Below are positions 8,575-19,355 of a DNA stretch of 64,000 nucleotides, in pieces. The DNA lies in contig WARW01000019.1 of NCBI GenBank assembly GCA_013387215.1, positions 22,717 to 86,716 on the forward strand, in the 5' to 3' direction. Under the pieces are notes generated by a model that ran no database searches, had not been told where the DNA came from, and was given only the letters and a program-made list of their open reading frames with translations. A program made the position numbers and the translations under genes. This stretch comes from Patescibacteria group bacterium (GTDB taxonomy: Bacteria; Patescibacteriota; Microgenomatia; UBA12405). Within the stretch, counting starts at the first letter, position 1, and every line of letters starts with the position of its first letter.

Positions 8575-9345
8575 TCAATCGTTTTCTACATCCCAAAACT
8601 TATTCCGGCACATCACACCAATCGTCAATCCTTTTTTGTCTGTAACAAAAAGTCCTGCCTTTGGTGAATTTTCTTTGGCATCTGGCCAATATTCAGGCTC
8701 AATTCCAGTAACATCTGATAAAAATCCTAAAAAATGTTCAATATTATCAACGACGAAATCAAAATGAATATCATTTTGATAATCCTCAAGATAATAAAAA
8801 TATTCCTTATAACTCTTACCATATTCAAATGAAGACCCAGATTCTAAGAAAAAAGTTCTAAAATGATCAGCTACGTCTCTAGTATAACCATTTGGACAAC
8901 TAGAAGTAATATTTTCATATTCTTCTTTAGTGCACCAATAACCAGTGTGGTGAAGTTTCAACTTATAAAATATGTCATGATAAAGAATAACAGCTGCAAT
9001 CAACTGATCATGTTCCTCACTTAAGGCACTAACAGCCACATAATTGCAACCATAACGAACTCCGCCTTTCCAGCCATGACCATCTTTAAAGTTTGGAATT
9101 GGGGTCACAGAAAGCCCTTCATTTTTATTCAACAAAAGCAGCTCTCCAGCTTTACAGTTAGCAAAATATGGCCCCCGGGAATTTGTAGAAGGAACACCAG
9201 CCCAACCAGCCTGAGAAAATGCCGATTGACCCTCTGCTTCTCCAATCACCACATAAAATGATTTTTGAATTGAAGTCGCTAAATAATTAGCAAAATCGAA
9301 AGATTTAGGAATAGTTTCCGATAAATAACTTTTCACACCTATCAA
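8575..9345 (-). CDS. hypothetical protein (256 aa)
   Basis: ORF only. Aromatic/Cys-containing sequence with no family recognised. Confidence 0.5.
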   Translation of the reverse strand: MIGVKSYLSETIPKSFDFANYLATSIQKSFYVVIGEAEGQSAFSQAGWAGVPSTNSRGPYFANCKAGELLLLNKNEGLSVTPIPNFKDGHGWKGGVRYGCNYVAVSALSEEHDQLIAAVILYHDIFYKLKLHHTGYWCTKEEYENITSSCPNGYTRDVADHFRTFFLESGSSFEYGKSYKEYFYYLEDYQNDIHFDFVVDNIEHFLGFLSDVTGIEPEYWPDAKENSPKAGLFVTDKKGLTIGVMCRNKFWDVEND

Positions 9346-9472
9346 CCCTTTCTTTTTTTTATTTTTGACTATTTTTAAAAGTGCTTGTAAAACAAAATAT
9401 AGACCGTAAATAGCCCTAAATTATTTTCCGGACAGTATAACAAAATAAAAATTAAAAATCAATATTATAGGA

Positions 9473-10246
9473 TTAGTTAAGTTCAAAACTTACCACCAAA
9501 GATTGACTAACATTTTCAGTTCCAACTTCAGTTACCGCCCCGCCGCCCATTCCGGCCGTTTTTGCCATCATTGGATAAACAGGATTAACACCACCTGCAC
9601 CTTCATTAACACTAACTACTTTACCCAATTTTCTGCCCGATGATTTGGCAATTATTGCTGCTCTTTCTCTGGCATCTTGAATTGCACCGTCGTATAAACT
9701 TTTTTCAATATTACTGGTATTATCCATTCTGAAATTTGGACCATAAACATTGTTAGCACCGCTGCTATTTAACAAATCGGTCAAAGCCGATGCCTTGTCA
9801 ACATCTCTTAAAGTAATTTCAATTGAATTATTAACCACCCATTGACCCCCGCCTCTTTTAACTGGCGCCACTTTTGAATCCATCATGTAAACCGGTTCTT
9901 GCTGTTGATAAACACTTACATTTTGAGTTTTTATATCAGCTGCTGGAATTCCAAACTTTTTCACTGCTTCAACCAAAGCACTTATTTTCTGATTAGTTTC
10001 TGCCACTGCATCTTCTTTTTTATCTTTAATAATGTTCACTCCGGCCGTAAAACTGGCAATCTGATTTTTTTGAGTTGACTTTGCTGTTCCAGTTACAGTT
10101 ACCGTTTGAGGTGTTGCCCATTCAATTCTCCCCCAATTGACCATTTTCCAAGGCAACACCAATGCTGCCGCAATCAACATCACCGCCAAAACTCCAAAAC
10201 CCAACACAATATTGATTTGCCCTTGGTTGTTTTTCATATATTTCAT
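9473..10246 (-). CDS. SIMPL-domain (DUF541) protein, membrane-anchored
   Basis: N-terminal TM segment. The SIMPL-like repeating pattern (…VTVTGTA…IKTQNVSVYQQQE…IEITLRDV…) resembles YggE-like proteins. Confidence 0.65.
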   Translation of the reverse strand: MKYMKNNQGQINIVLGFGVLAVMLIAAALVLPWKMVNWGRIEWATPQTVTVTGTAKSTQKNQIASFTAGVNIIKDKKEDAVAETNQKISALVEAVKKFGIPAADIKTQNVSVYQQQEPVYMMDSKVAPVKRGGGQWVVNNSIEITLRDVDKASALTDLLNSSGANNVYGPNFRMDNTSNIEKSLYDGAIQDARERAAIIAKSSGRKLGKVVSVNEGAGGVNPVYPMMAKTAGMGGGAVTEVGTENVSQSLVVSFELN

Positions 10247-10329
10247 TCTAGCATTTTCAAGCTCTTGTCAAACTAAAATTTCCTGCCTAAAAATTTGACT
10301 TTCCCCTAATTTTGGAATAATCTATTAAC

Positions 10330-11091
10330 ATGGCACTAGGAACGATTCTCTTCATTTTCATTCTATTTTTCATTGTTTATTTAATCTTTAAATCGATCGT
10401 TATCGTCAACCAATACGAACGCGGTATCGTTTTAACTCTTGGCACTTATTCCTACACTCTTAACCCAGGTTTAAAACTTGTTATTCCCATTTTTCAACGG
10501 GTTATTAAAGTTGATATCCGCATCAACACTCTGGATATTCCTAAACAGGAAATTATCACCAAAGACAACGTGGCGGTTTCTATTAATGCTGTTGTTTATT
10601 TTCAAGTCACTAAAGCTGAAGATGCTATTTTAAAAGTCAAAGATTTTGCCTATGCCGTTTCTCAATATGCCCAAACTGCTTTAAGAGATGTTATTGGCGG
10701 CATTGAACTGGATTCCCTGCTTTCTGACCGTCAAAAAATTAGTGATGAAATCAAAGTTATTGTTGATTCTGAAACCGTGGAATGGGGTGTCGATGTTACC
10801 TCTATTAAACTTCAAGACGTTGCTGTTCCCGACAACATGAAACGCGTTATGGCTAAACAAGCCGAAGCTGAAAGAGAACGCCGTGCCACCATTATCCGGG
10901 CTCAAGGTGAATTAACTGCTTCCGAAAATCTTTCCAAAGCCATGACTCAAATGTCTCAAAGTGGTGCTATTACTCTTCGCACTCTTCAAACAATTGAATC
11001 TGCCAGTACCGGCGGCAACACTATGATTTTTGCTCTGCCGGTTGAAATTCTTGAGGGTTTCAAAAAACTAACCCAAAGACAATCAATGTAA
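10330..11091 (+). CDS. SPFH/band-7 (stomatin/prohibitin-like) membrane protein
   Basis: N-terminal TM segment plus SPFH core (…VNQYERGIVLTLG…, coiled-coil AKQAEAERERRA). Confidence 0.85.
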   Translation: MALGTILFIFILFFIVYLIFKSIVIVNQYERGIVLTLGTYSYTLNPGLKLVIPIFQRVIKVDIRINTLDIPKQEIITKDNVAVSINAVVYFQVTKAEDAILKVKDFAYAVSQYAQTALRDVIGGIELDSLLSDRQKISDEIKVIVDSETVEWGVDVTSIKLQDVAVPDNMKRVMAKQAEAERERRATIIRAQGELTASENLSKAMTQMSQSGAITLRTLQTIESASTGGNTMIFALPVEILEGFKKLTQRQSM

Positions 11092-11135
11092 CAAAAAGTA
11101 TCATTTAGTATAACAAAAGCTATCAATCTCTATCA

Positions 11136-12086
11136 TTAACAGAACGGGCATTTATTGCCACTATAATAGCAGCCGCATTGTTTACATTCCTTAAAGCCAT
11201 CTGGAATCTTGCCGTAAGACACATGTCCATCGACCACAAAATATCCATAACCGTATCGGCCCACTGTAGTTTCACCAGCACAACCAGAACTTGATTCTCT
11301 TTTAGATCCAGTCATTAAACCAAACATATACATTTTCAAGTCATAGCTAACTTCAGTATTTCTTTTACCAATTCCCCCATCTTTAATGGTCTGAATTCTA
11401 AAATAATCATAAACCGAAGTATAAAGTCTTAAAATTTTATCTTTACTCAAAGTTATCTCCTCTCCGAATTCTTTTTTAAAATCTTCAATATTTTTCTTTA
11501 CTTGTCTTTCTATCGATTCGTAACTAAATCCATATTTATTACTAGCCAATTCAAACAAAGAAAATAGTTCACATAACTTTAATTCCGAATTAATCGGTCT
11601 CCCTAAAATTTCCATTTCACTGCTAGCCTCTTGGCCGCCTAATTCAGTCAACACTTTATTCATTTCTCCAAAACCTTCTCTAACTTGAATTCTATTCCAA
11701 ACTACTTTTCCCTCCACACATCTCCAAAAATCCACACAGTTTTCTGAATAACCCAAAGTCTCATTTTTAGGACTAAAATGAACCCAAGTTTTATTTGGAT
11801 CTTTTTTTAAACCTTCTTCAATCGCGTAAATTGCCTCAGTTTCTTCTCTCACTCCGCCTCTTGAAGTCAAATGAACCACACTTTCATGAGACACCGAATC
11901 CACAATTCTTTCATTTTCCCAAATGTATGTTTTTGAATATTCCACTAAACCAAAATCTTCAGCTAATTGTGTCGACAATTCTAAATCCAAGCTTTTTACT
12001 CTTACTTCTGGGTCTAATCTGCCTAAAAATTTAACTTCGTTTTCTGGAGAAAATCCTAGATTTTTTTTATATTTTTCTACTGACAT
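11136..12086 (-). CDS. hypothetical protein with C-terminal CxxC…CxxC zinc-ribbon
   Basis: The C-terminus CKQCGCYYSGNKCPFC forms a zinc ribbon. No other family recognised. Lies downstream of, and co-oriented with, the PduO-type gene. Confidence 0.55.
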   Translation of the reverse strand: MSVEKYKKNLGFSPENEVKFLGRLDPEVRVKSLDLELSTQLAEDFGLVEYSKTYIWENERIVDSVSHESVVHLTSRGGVREETEAIYAIEEGLKKDPNKTWVHFSPKNETLGYSENCVDFWRCVEGKVVWNRIQVREGFGEMNKVLTELGGQEASSEMEILGRPINSELKLCELFSLFELASNKYGFSYESIERQVKKNIEDFKKEFGEEITLSKDKILRLYTSVYDYFRIQTIKDGGIGKRNTEVSYDLKMYMFGLMTGSKRESSSGCAGETTVGRYGYGYFVVDGHVSYGKIPDGFKECKQCGCYYSGNKCPFC

Positions 12087-12169
12087 ATTACTTTTGCGCG
12101 AAAGTTTTGGTTATCCGGCTATACGGTTGCGGCACAGCCCAGGACTTACACCTGGTTCCCCACTAATTT

Positions 12170-12652
12170 TTATATCGTTCGGCTAATTATAAACAAATAA
12201 TCTGACAAACGGTTGAAGTATTTTAAAACATCTTCATCGATTTTTTTAGAATTATTCAAACTCACAACTCTTCGTTCAGTTCTACGAGCTATCGTCCGAC
12301 CTAAATGTAAAAAGGCTTCAATTTCATTTTTACCTGGCACCACGAATTCTTTTAGTTCAGGTAATTCCTTTTCCATTCTCATAATTTCAGCCTCAAAAAA
12401 GTCCACTCTTTTATTAATTTCTTCAAATTTTTTTCCACACGCCAACTCACCATTAATTCTCATCAAATCTTTTTGTATTTCTTCAATTTGAATCTTAAAT
12501 TCTGGAATCTGGAATTTTATTTTTACAATTCCCAACACCGCCTGCAATTCATCAATCGTTCCCACTGTTTCCACTAACACATGGTCTTTGGTAACTATTT
12601 GATAGTTGCAAGTTGTTTTTCCTTTATCGCCTGTCTTTGTTGTTATCGACAT
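12170..12652 (-). CDS. ATP:cob(I)alamin adenosyltransferase, PduO/MMAB type
   Basis: N-terminal TKTGDKGKTT…VETVGTIDELQAVLG matches the PduO-type ATR signature. Adjacent to the B12-dependent class II RNR. Confidence 0.8.
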   Translation of the reverse strand: MSITTKTGDKGKTTCNYQIVTKDHVLVETVGTIDELQAVLGIVKIKFQIPEFKIQIEEIQKDLMRINGELACGKKFEEINKRVDFFEAEIMRMEKELPELKEFVVPGKNEIEAFLHLGRTIARRTERRVVSLNNSKKIDEDVLKYFNRLSDYLFIISRTI

Positions 12653-12698
12653 TATTTTTAATATTAAAAAATTTTAAAACTATAATTTTTTGTGACAT

Positions 12699-12718
12699 TG
12701 AACGTGGTGACACATTCA
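12699..12718. promoter_or_regulatory. palindrome TGAACGTGG-tga-CACATTCA (copy C), upstream of the cobalamin adenosyltransferase gene
   Basis: Same core AACGTGGnnnCACATT. Confidence 0.5.
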
Positions 12719-12761
12719 CCGGAACAAAAAATTCATAGTGTAAATTTTAATATATTTTTAT

Positions 12762-12782
12762 GGGGTGCGGTTTCCGCACCCC
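12762..12782 (-). terminator. stem-loop (ggggtgcgg-ttt-ccgcacccc) just after nrdJ stop
   Basis: 9-bp perfect GC stem 16 nt downstream of the nrdJ stop. The A/U-rich tail is only moderate. Confidence 0.5.
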
Positions 12783-12797
12783 ATAGTTTATTAATTT

Positions 12798-15305
12798 TTA
12801 ACTGCACTTACTGTAACCGCAGAATTGGTTAGTACATTTAAAACAGCCTTCTTCAGCTCGAAGCGGGCTGCCGCAATCTGGACAAGCACTAAATTTGCTT
12901 TCAATTGCCGCTTGTTCAGCTCTGATACTCGCCAAAATACTTGGTGTGTCTACAGTTTTCACTTCGCTTGGCATTAAAATCTCATTCTTCTCTTCGCCAA
13001 ACATATTTAGCTGTTCACCTTTGGCAATTTCCAAAAGAGATTTACCAACGGCATCAAACATACTCAAAACTGTTCCAGAACCTAAACCGACTTTTTGGCC
13101 GCAAGAGATTCCAATTAAATGTTCTGACACCTCATCTAGAGTTGCTCCATATTTTAAAGCCAATGAAGCTAATCTTCCAGTTACCTCTGCGGTTCCCGCC
13201 ATGTAACCGCCGCTTTTACCTAAATTCACAAAAACTTCAATAGGACCGTCACCAGCTTCATAAAAAATTGAAGTGTAAACATTACCCATGTCGCATTTCT
13301 TTTTAAGTCTGACTCCTCGAGCAATAGTTGGTGTGGCTTTTTTCTTGTTCATAACTAACTTTTCCACTACCTCTTCTTTCTTTTCTTCTTTTGCTTTAAC
13401 TTTTTGCAAAGGTTCAAAAGATCTTGAGCCGGTTCGGTAAACAGTAATACCTTTGGTTCCTAAAGAATAAGACATTAAATATGCATTTCTGACATCATCA
13501 ACTGTAGCTGTTTCTGGCAAATTAATGGTCTTGGAAACTGCATTATCAGTATATTCTTGGAAGGCTGCCTGAATTTTAATGTGCCATTCCGGCTCAATTT
13601 CCAAAGCGGTTATAAACACTTTTTTAACTTCTTCTGGAATACCCTCAACTCCAGTTAAAATGCCTCCATTCTTCACAATTTTTTCCATTAATTCTTCAGA
13701 ATAGATATTTCTTTTCTTCAGTTCTTCCACTAAAACTGGATTAACTGTATACAAAGTTTTTCCTTCAACAGTATTTTTTTGGAATCCCAAAGAAAATACC
13801 GGCTCAATTCCTGATGAAGTGTCAGCCAATAAACTGATTGTTCCGGTTGGAGCAATAGTAGTTAGGGCCATATTTCGTGGTTTGTAATCAGTGCCTGCGT
13901 AAACACTCACGTCCCACATGGGGAATGGTCCTCTGACTTCACCCAATTCTTGAGTAGCAATTCTGGCAGATTCAGTCACAAACTTCATTATTTTTTTAGC
14001 CCAAGCAATACCTTCATCAGAATCATATTTAATTCCCAACTTAAATAAACAATCTGCAAAACCCATCACCCCTACTCCGATTCTTCGGGTTTTACTTACC
14101 ATGTCTCTTATTTTTTGGACTGGGAACTCATTTATTTCAACAACGTTGTCCAAGAAATGAACTCCGGTTCTGATGGTGCTTTTTAAAAGTTCCCAATCTA
14201 AATCTCCATTAACTACAAATTTTGCTAAATTAACGCTGCCCAAATTACAGGCATCATAAGGCAATAATGGTTGTTCACCGCATGGGTTGGTTGCTTCAAT
14301 TCGGCCCATGACTGGAACTGGATTTGAGCTTGGGGCATTCATTCGGTCGATAAAAACCAAACCAGGATCGCCAAATTGCCATGCCAAACGAGTCACTAAA
14401 TTAAATACTTTGTAAGCATTTAATTTCATACTGACTTTTTTATCTCGTGGGTTAATCAATTCATAACCCTCGCCTTCCTCTTTGGCAACTGCCCAATCGT
14501 AAAGTTTTTTAATTCCGATTTCAATTTCTCGTAGTCTTGCATCTACATCTCGATTTTGTTCTGCCAATCTAATTTCTTCCACCACATCTTCTGGAATCGA
14601 ATCATCAGCACAAAACTTTTTGTCTGGTTCGATTCTATCCATGAAAACATTTGTTACTGCCAAAGAAATATTGAAATTAGTCAAACTCCATTCATCTAAT
14701 TTCACCACCGCAAATCTCAAAACGTCTGGATGGTCAATTGAAAGCATACCCATGTTGGCCCCTCGTCTGACTCCGCCTTGTTTTATTTGAGCCGTAACAT
14801 CGTTGTAGGCCTGCATGAAAGATACCGGACCGACAGTTGTACCGCCGCTGGTTTTAATGTAATCGCCATAAGGTCTTAATCTGGAAAATGAAAACCCAGT
14901 TCCACCACCGCTTTTATGAATCAAAGCCATATCTGACATGGTTTGCAAAATAGATTCCATCGAATCATCGATTGGCAACACAAAACAAGCCGATAATTGT
15001 TGATGTGGCTTTCCGGCATTTACCAAACAAGGTGTGTTTGGAAAAAATCTTTGTTGAGCCATCAAGCTGTAAAATTCCAAAGCTGTTTTTTCGACTGCTT
15101 CATCACTTGCATTAAAACATTTATCACCCTTAGCCACATTCAAAGCTACTCGCCAAAAAATATTTTTAGCCTCTTCGACTGCTTTGCCATCCTCTGTTTT
15201 CATTGAATATCTAGTTCGTGCAATATATTTTGCATTCTCCGACAACTGTGGTTCTGGAAGTTCCATCATACTATTATTATTGGACCGAAAATTTATATCT
15301 GCCAT
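12798..15305 (-). CDS. nrdJ: ribonucleotide reductase, class II (adenosylcobalamin-dependent)
   Basis: RNR catalytic motifs (…[11 protein letters not shown]…, [18 protein letters not shown]). The 835-aa length and monomeric class II architecture fit, as does the C-terminal CxxC…CxxC zinc ribbon. Confidence 0.92.
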   Translation of the reverse strand: MADINFRSNNNSMMELPEPQLSENAKYIARTRYSMKTEDGKAVEEAKNIFWRVALNVAKGDKCFNASDEAVEKTALEFYSLMAQQRFFPNTPCLVNAGKPHQQLSACFVLPIDDSMESILQTMSDMALIHKSGGGTGFSFSRLRPYGDYIKTSGGTTVGPVSFMQAYNDVTAQIKQGGVRRGANMGMLSIDHPDVLRFAVVKLDEWSLTNFNISLAVTNVFMDRIEPDKKFCADDSIPEDVVEEIRLAEQNRDVDARLREIEIGIKKLYDWAVAKEEGEGYELINPRDKKVSMKLNAYKVFNLVTRLAWQFGDPGLVFIDRMNAPSSNPVPVMGRIEATNPCGEQPLLPYDACNLGSVNLAKFVVNGDLDWELLKSTIRTGVHFLDNVVEINEFPVQKIRDMVSKTRRIGVGVMGFADCLFKLGIKYDSDEGIAWAKKIMKFVTESARIATQELGEVRGPFPMWDVSVYAGTDYKPRNMALTTIAPTGTISLLADTSSGIEPVFSLGFQKNTVEGKTLYTVNPVLVEELKKRNIYSEELMEKIVKNGGILTGVEGIPEEVKKVFITALEIEPEWHIKIQAAFQEYTDNAVSKTINLPETATVDDVRNAYLMSYSLGTKGITVYRTGSRSFEPLQKVKAKEEKKEEVVEKLVMNKKKATPTIARGVRLKKKCDMGNVYTSIFYEAGDGPIEVFVNLGKSGGYMAGTAEVTGRLASLALKYGATLDEVSEHLIGISCGQKVGLGSGTVLSMFDAVGKSLLEIAKGEQLNMFGEEKNEILMPSEVKTVDTPSILASIRAEQAAIESKFSACPDCGSPLRAEEGCFKCTNQFCGYSKCS

Positions 15306-15308
15306 TTA

Positions 15309-15761
15309 TTATTTTTTTAAATTTTTAAAATCAACTAATAATTTTTGAAATTCATCAATAGAATTAATATCCAAATAAACTGTTGCAAACCTAATATAAG
15401 CCACCGGATCAATATTTTTCAGTTTCTCTAAAATCATTATTCCAATTTCTTTCGAAGGTATTTCCACACTTGGCCAATTTAAAAGCTTCATTTCAATCTC
15501 ATCAATAATCTTGGCTTTGTCTTCCTTACTCATTCTAAAACAAGCCTTATCGATACATTTTTCTAGCTTTTCGCGACAAAAATCTTCAACTCGGCCGCTT
15601 TTTTTAATTACTTTAAGCTCAATATTCCCCACTCTCTCGTATGTCGTAAACCTCTTGTTGCACTTAATACATTCTCTGCGCCTTCTGGTTACTCTACCGT
15701 CTTCAGCCTCGCGGCTTTCTAAAACGTTTGATTCGTCACACTTGCAATAAGGACAAAGCAT
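15309..15761 (-). CDS. nrdR: transcriptional repressor NrdR
   Basis: N-terminal zinc ribbon MLCPYCKCDES…CIKC plus ATP-cone domain. Immediately upstream of nrdJ. Confidence 0.92.
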   Translation of the reverse strand: MLCPYCKCDESNVLESREAEDGRVTRRRRECIKCNKRFTTYERVGNIELKVIKKSGRVEDFCREKLEKCIDKACFRMSKEDKAKIIDEIEMKLLNWPSVEIPSKEIGIMILEKLKNIDPVAYIRFATVYLDINSIDEFQKLLVDFKNLKK

Positions 15762-15786
15762 TATTTTTTTATGTAATTTATAAAAA

Positions 15787-15800
15787 CACTATTTCTAGTG
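15787..15800. promoter_or_regulatory. NrdR box-like palindrome (CACTAtttcTAGTG) upstream of nrdR-nrdJ
   Basis: Palindrome about 30 nt upstream of the nrdR start, resembling the published NrdR-box consensus (acaCwAtATaTwGtgt). A degenerate second half-site (catagctagtg) lies about 33 bp further upstream. Confidence 0.55.
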
Positions 15801-15950
15801 GATGAAAATCATCATACCCACCATAGCTAGTGACGGTCAATACAACGAAATATATCAAAAATTTAATATTCAATTTTTCTGCGGAAAAAATTTGCAAAAA
15901 AAATACCGCTTGTCTACTTTTTAGTAAACCCTGCGGTATTAAATTTTAAT

Positions 15951-16418
15951 TCATTTTCTTTGCTCTTTAATTTCTTTAGCCATTTCTTCCATCATTTTTG
16001 CGTCTTCAACAAGTCCGCATCTTTGATTGGCTGCTGAAATCATCTTTAATATTAAGTATCTGTGTTTATCCTCATAGGCATCAATTAATGGTAAAGACAT
16101 ATCCCTTATTTTCTTTCCTATTGTTGTGTTCAACCCAAAGTTAGGTACATTGTTACATCTAATTGTTCTGGTCTTAAGGCAATAAATAATAGTATCCAAT
16201 TCTTCTTCTGGAATATTATTTTTAATACCCTCTCCAAGAATTCGAAGTAATTCATTGTCCACTTCATCATCTTCAGATCTGTCCAACAAATCAGTTACTG
16301 CCCCTGCTCTTTCTGCAAAATCTTTTGACTTCAACAACTTCAATATCCTACTGACAAAATCAGCAGTATTTAAGTTCAAGCCGCCAAACAATGCATTAAA
16401 AATTGGATCATTAACCAT
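15951..16418 (-). CDS. hypothetical protein (155 aa)
   Basis: ORF only. Co-oriented with 16451..16912 across a 33-nt gap. Confidence 0.45.
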   Translation of the reverse strand: MVNDPIFNALFGGLNLNTADFVSRILKLLKSKDFAERAGAVTDLLDRSEDDEVDNELLRILGEGIKNNIPEEELDTIIYCLKTRTIRCNNVPNFGLNTTIGKKIRDMSLPLIDAYEDKHRYLILKMISAANQRCGLVEDAKMMEEMAKEIKEQRK

Positions 16419-16450
16419 TCTTTTCTCCTCCCTAAAATTTTGTCAAAATT

Positions 16451-16912
16451 TCAAACCTTAAACACTTCAGCCACCCCAAAGTCAAAGACCACAGCAACCA
16501 TTCCTTCTGTTTCTTTAAGCTTTTTTGCCGCTTCTTTGTCAATTAGGTTTAAACCTTGTTGAATAAAATTACGGCTGGCAAGTCCTCTGGCAAATGGCTT
16601 CTCACCTCGATCGCGAATCTCCTGCCAATTAAAATTGGGCATTAAAATGTCAGTAAGCGCTCCTCCATAAACATCATCAACCGATAGGATAATGATTACC
16701 ATTTCCTCAGGATTTTTGTTATGTGCTTCCATCCTCTTTTTGAAATGATCGATTCGATCCAAATTCTTATCAAAAGAGATTTTGCAATTGCGCTTGTTAA
16801 CTACCGAAATAACTGCCATAGCCTCTGGATCTTCCAACACTAGTTTTCCATCAACCTCTACAATCCTTGCCCTTGGATAACCATTTTTTTCATTTGACAC
16901 ATACATCCACAC
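16451..16912 (-). CDS. hypothetical protein (153 aa)
   Basis: ORF only. Confidence 0.45.
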   Translation of the reverse strand: MWMYVSNEKNGYPRARIVEVDGKLVLEDPEAMAVISVVNKRNCKISFDKNLDRIDHFKKRMEAHNKNPEEMVIIILSVDDVYGGALTDILMPNFNWQEIRDRGEKPFARGLASRNFIQQGLNLIDKEAAKKLKETEGMVAVVFDFGVAEVFKV

Positions 16913-17064
16913 CTTTCTATATTTATATTTTCAGATTTCAAAGAACCACCTCATCGATTTGATTTAGTGCGATACTAAATAAACCAGTTCAGTGCGCAGA
17001 TTATAACACGACTTACTCCGAGCTTTTCCGCCACTTCCAGATTAAATCTTGGTATAATACGCTC

Positions 17065-17361
17065 ATGCAAAAAATCACTCGATTTATTAAGGAAGTAATT
17101 GCCGAGTTTAAGAACATAACTTGGCCCAAACGTGAAACTTTAATTCAGCTCACAGTTGTGGTAATATCAATCTCTATCATCATCTCCCTCATTTTGGGTG
17201 GTTTTGATTATTTATTTACAAATTCGATCTCATTGTTAGGTCAAATTAACAAACCAAAAATTAGTCCTAAAACCCAGGTTGAAGCAACACCATCTGTTAC
17301 CGCAACCTCCAGTGCTCAAAACACGACCATACCATTATCTAATCCACCAATTAAAAAATAA
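17065..17361 (+). CDS. secE: preprotein translocase subunit SecE (with extended C-terminal tail)
   Basis: Single TM helix after a KNITWPKRETL-type segment. Canonical position directly upstream of nusG. Confidence 0.75.
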   Translation: MQKITRFIKEVIAEFKNITWPKRETLIQLTVVVISISIIISLILGGFDYLFTNSISLLGQINKPKISPKTQVEATPSVTATSSAQNTTIPLSNPPIKK

Positions 17362-17366
17362 CCTTT

Positions 17367-17963
17367 ATGCCTAAAACATCAACTAAAACCAACAAAAAAG
17401 ATTTTATCTTTAAACTTTCACCTTCAGAACCTAGTATTGATGCTGCCTGGTACGTTATTAACACCTACTCTGGTCATGAATACAAAGTTATTGAAGCTTT
17501 AAAAACCAGAATTAAAACCATGAGTCTTGAAGACCAAGTTTTCCAAGCTGTGGTCCCAATTCAAAGCAAAATGGTCATCCGCCGTGGTCAAAAAGTTAAA
17601 ACTCAAGAAAAAACCTTCCCAGGTTATGTTTTAGTTCAAATGGTTTTAACCGATGATTCTTGGATTACCGTCAGAACCACTCAAGGTGTTACTGGCTTTA
17701 TCGGCATTGAAAACACCCCATCTCCTATTTCTCAAAAAGAAGTTGACAAAATCCTTCAAACTACCGAAGAAGACAAACCAAAATATCAAACTCCTTTCTC
17801 TCCTGGCGACGTTGTCAAAATCACCAACGGTCCTTTCGCTGACTTTATTGGTACTATCGACACCATCGATCAAGAAAAAGGTAAAATCAGAGTTCTCGTT
17901 TCATTCTTTGAACGAGAAACTCCAGTCGAACTTGACTTCTTACAAGTTACCAAAGAACTCTAA
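17367..17963 (+). CDS. nusG: transcription termination/antitermination factor NusG
   Basis: NGN domain (AWYVINTYSGHEYKV) and C-terminal KOW region. Conserved secE-nusG-rplK-rplA order. Confidence 0.9.
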   Translation: MPKTSTKTNKKDFIFKLSPSEPSIDAAWYVINTYSGHEYKVIEALKTRIKTMSLEDQVFQAVVPIQSKMVIRRGQKVKTQEKTFPGYVLVQMVLTDDSWITVRTTQGVTGFIGIENTPSPISQKEVDKILQTTEEDKPKYQTPFSPGDVVKITNGPFADFIGTIDTIDQEKGKIRVLVSFFERETPVELDFLQVTKEL

Positions 17964-18017
17964 AAATAGTGCCCAAAATTGGGGCTTCTCACTATAAATA
18001 CAACTTTATAAATAAAT

Positions 18018-18443
18018 ATGGCAAAAAAAATAAAAACAATTGTAAAACTAACCATCGGAGCCGGCACAGCTAATCCAGCCCCTCCAGTCGGTACCGCTCT
18101 TGGTCCTCAAGGTATCAAGATCATGGATTTCTGTAACGAATTCAATGAAAGAACCAAAGATATGCGCGGTTCTTTAATTCCATCCGTTATTACCATCTAC
18201 GAAGATCGTTCTTTCGACTTCATTATCAAAAAACCTCCAGTTTCTGACATGATCAAGAAAATTGCTGGCCTTTCCAAAGGTGCATCCAACACTGGCCGAG
18301 AAAAAGCTGGTAAATTAACCAAGGCTCAAGTCGAAAAAATCGCTCAAGATAAAATTGTCGATTTAAATACTGTCGATTTGGAAGCTGCTAAGCGTTCTGT
18401 CATGGGTACTGCAAAATCCATGGGTGTTGAAATCGTCGACTAA
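18018..18443 (+). CDS. rplK: 50S ribosomal protein L11
   Basis: MAKKI…[34 protein letters not shown] is a near-universal L11 N-terminus. Confidence 0.95.
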   Translation: MAKKIKTIVKLTIGAGTANPAPPVGTALGPQGIKIMDFCNEFNERTKDMRGSLIPSVITIYEDRSFDFIIKKPPVSDMIKKIAGLSKGASNTGREKAGKLTKAQVEKIAQDKIVDLNTVDLEAAKRSVMGTAKSMGVEIVD

Positions 18444-18518
18444 TAACATCTCCACCCCGTCCCGAAGCGACAAACTGTCTTTTATTAAATAAATTATTAA
18501 TAATTTAAAAAAACAAAT

Positions 18519-19283
18519 ATGAGCAAAACCACTCAAGAAAACAAAGCTAAAAAGCTTAAAACCAAAGTGGAAGAGCAAGACTTAGAGCTTACTCAAAAGG
18601 CCAATATGGAAACTGAAACTGAAGCTGTTGAAGAAACTGCCGAAGTCTCTGAAACCGCAGAAGCCGAAACCACAAAAACCGTTAAAGTTGCCAAAGTCCG
18701 AGGCAAAAAATATCAAGCCGCCAAGAAAAAAATTGACGTCATGAAATTTTATCCTCTCGCCGAAGCAGTCAAATTGGTCAAAGAAACCTCTTTTTCTAAA
18801 TTTGACGGTAAAATTGAAGCCCATATTACCACCTACGATGCTGGTAACGTTGGTGAAATTGCTTTCCCCCACCTCGAAACTTCTTCTAAAAATATCGTCA
18901 TCTTAAATGACGCTGTCTTAGCTGAAATCAAAGAAGGTAAAGTTAATTTCGATATTTTAATTGCTACTCCAGTCACCATGCCAAAACTTTTGCCTTTTGC
19001 AAGAGTTCTTGGTCCAAAAGGTTTAATGCCAAACCCAAAGAATGGCACTTTAACCGATAAACCAGAAGAAGCAGTCAAAAAACTTTCAGTTGCTAAAACC
19101 ATGGTTAAAACTGAAAAGAAAGCTCCTGTTATTCACATTATCGTTGGTAAAGTTTCTCAAACTGAATCTGATTTAGTTGAAAACGTTGCTGAATTAATCA
19201 AAGTTGTCAAAGCAACCAAGATTAAAAAATTGGCTTTATGTGCCACCATGGGCCCATGCGTCAAGGTCGATATTACAAAATAA
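18519..19283 (+). CDS. rplA: 50S ribosomal protein L1 with ~55-aa acidic N-terminal extension
   Basis: L1 core runs from KKYQAAKKKIDVMKFYPLAEAVKLVKE onward. It is preceded by a low-complexity E/T/A-rich extension. Confidence 0.88.
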   Translation: MSKTTQENKAKKLKTKVEEQDLELTQKANMETETEAVEETAEVSETAEAETTKTVKVAKVRGKKYQAAKKKIDVMKFYPLAEAVKLVKETSFSKFDGKIEAHITTYDAGNVGEIAFPHLETSSKNIVILNDAVLAEIKEGKVNFDILIATPVTMPKLLPFARVLGPKGLMPNPKNGTLTDKPEEAVKKLSVAKTMVKTEKKAPVIHIIVGKVSQTESDLVENVAELIKVVKATKIKKLALCATMGPCVKVDITK

Positions 19284-19309
19284 TTTTTGTATATAAATTG
19301 ATTCAATCA

Positions 19310-19335
19310 CCCCTCCAATTTCGGAGGGGTTTTTG
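19310..19335 (+). terminator. rho-independent terminator after rplA
   Basis: cccctcc-aatttc-ggagggg followed by TTTTT. Confidence 0.8.
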
Positions 19336-19355
19336 TTATACAATTATCTAAGCTT

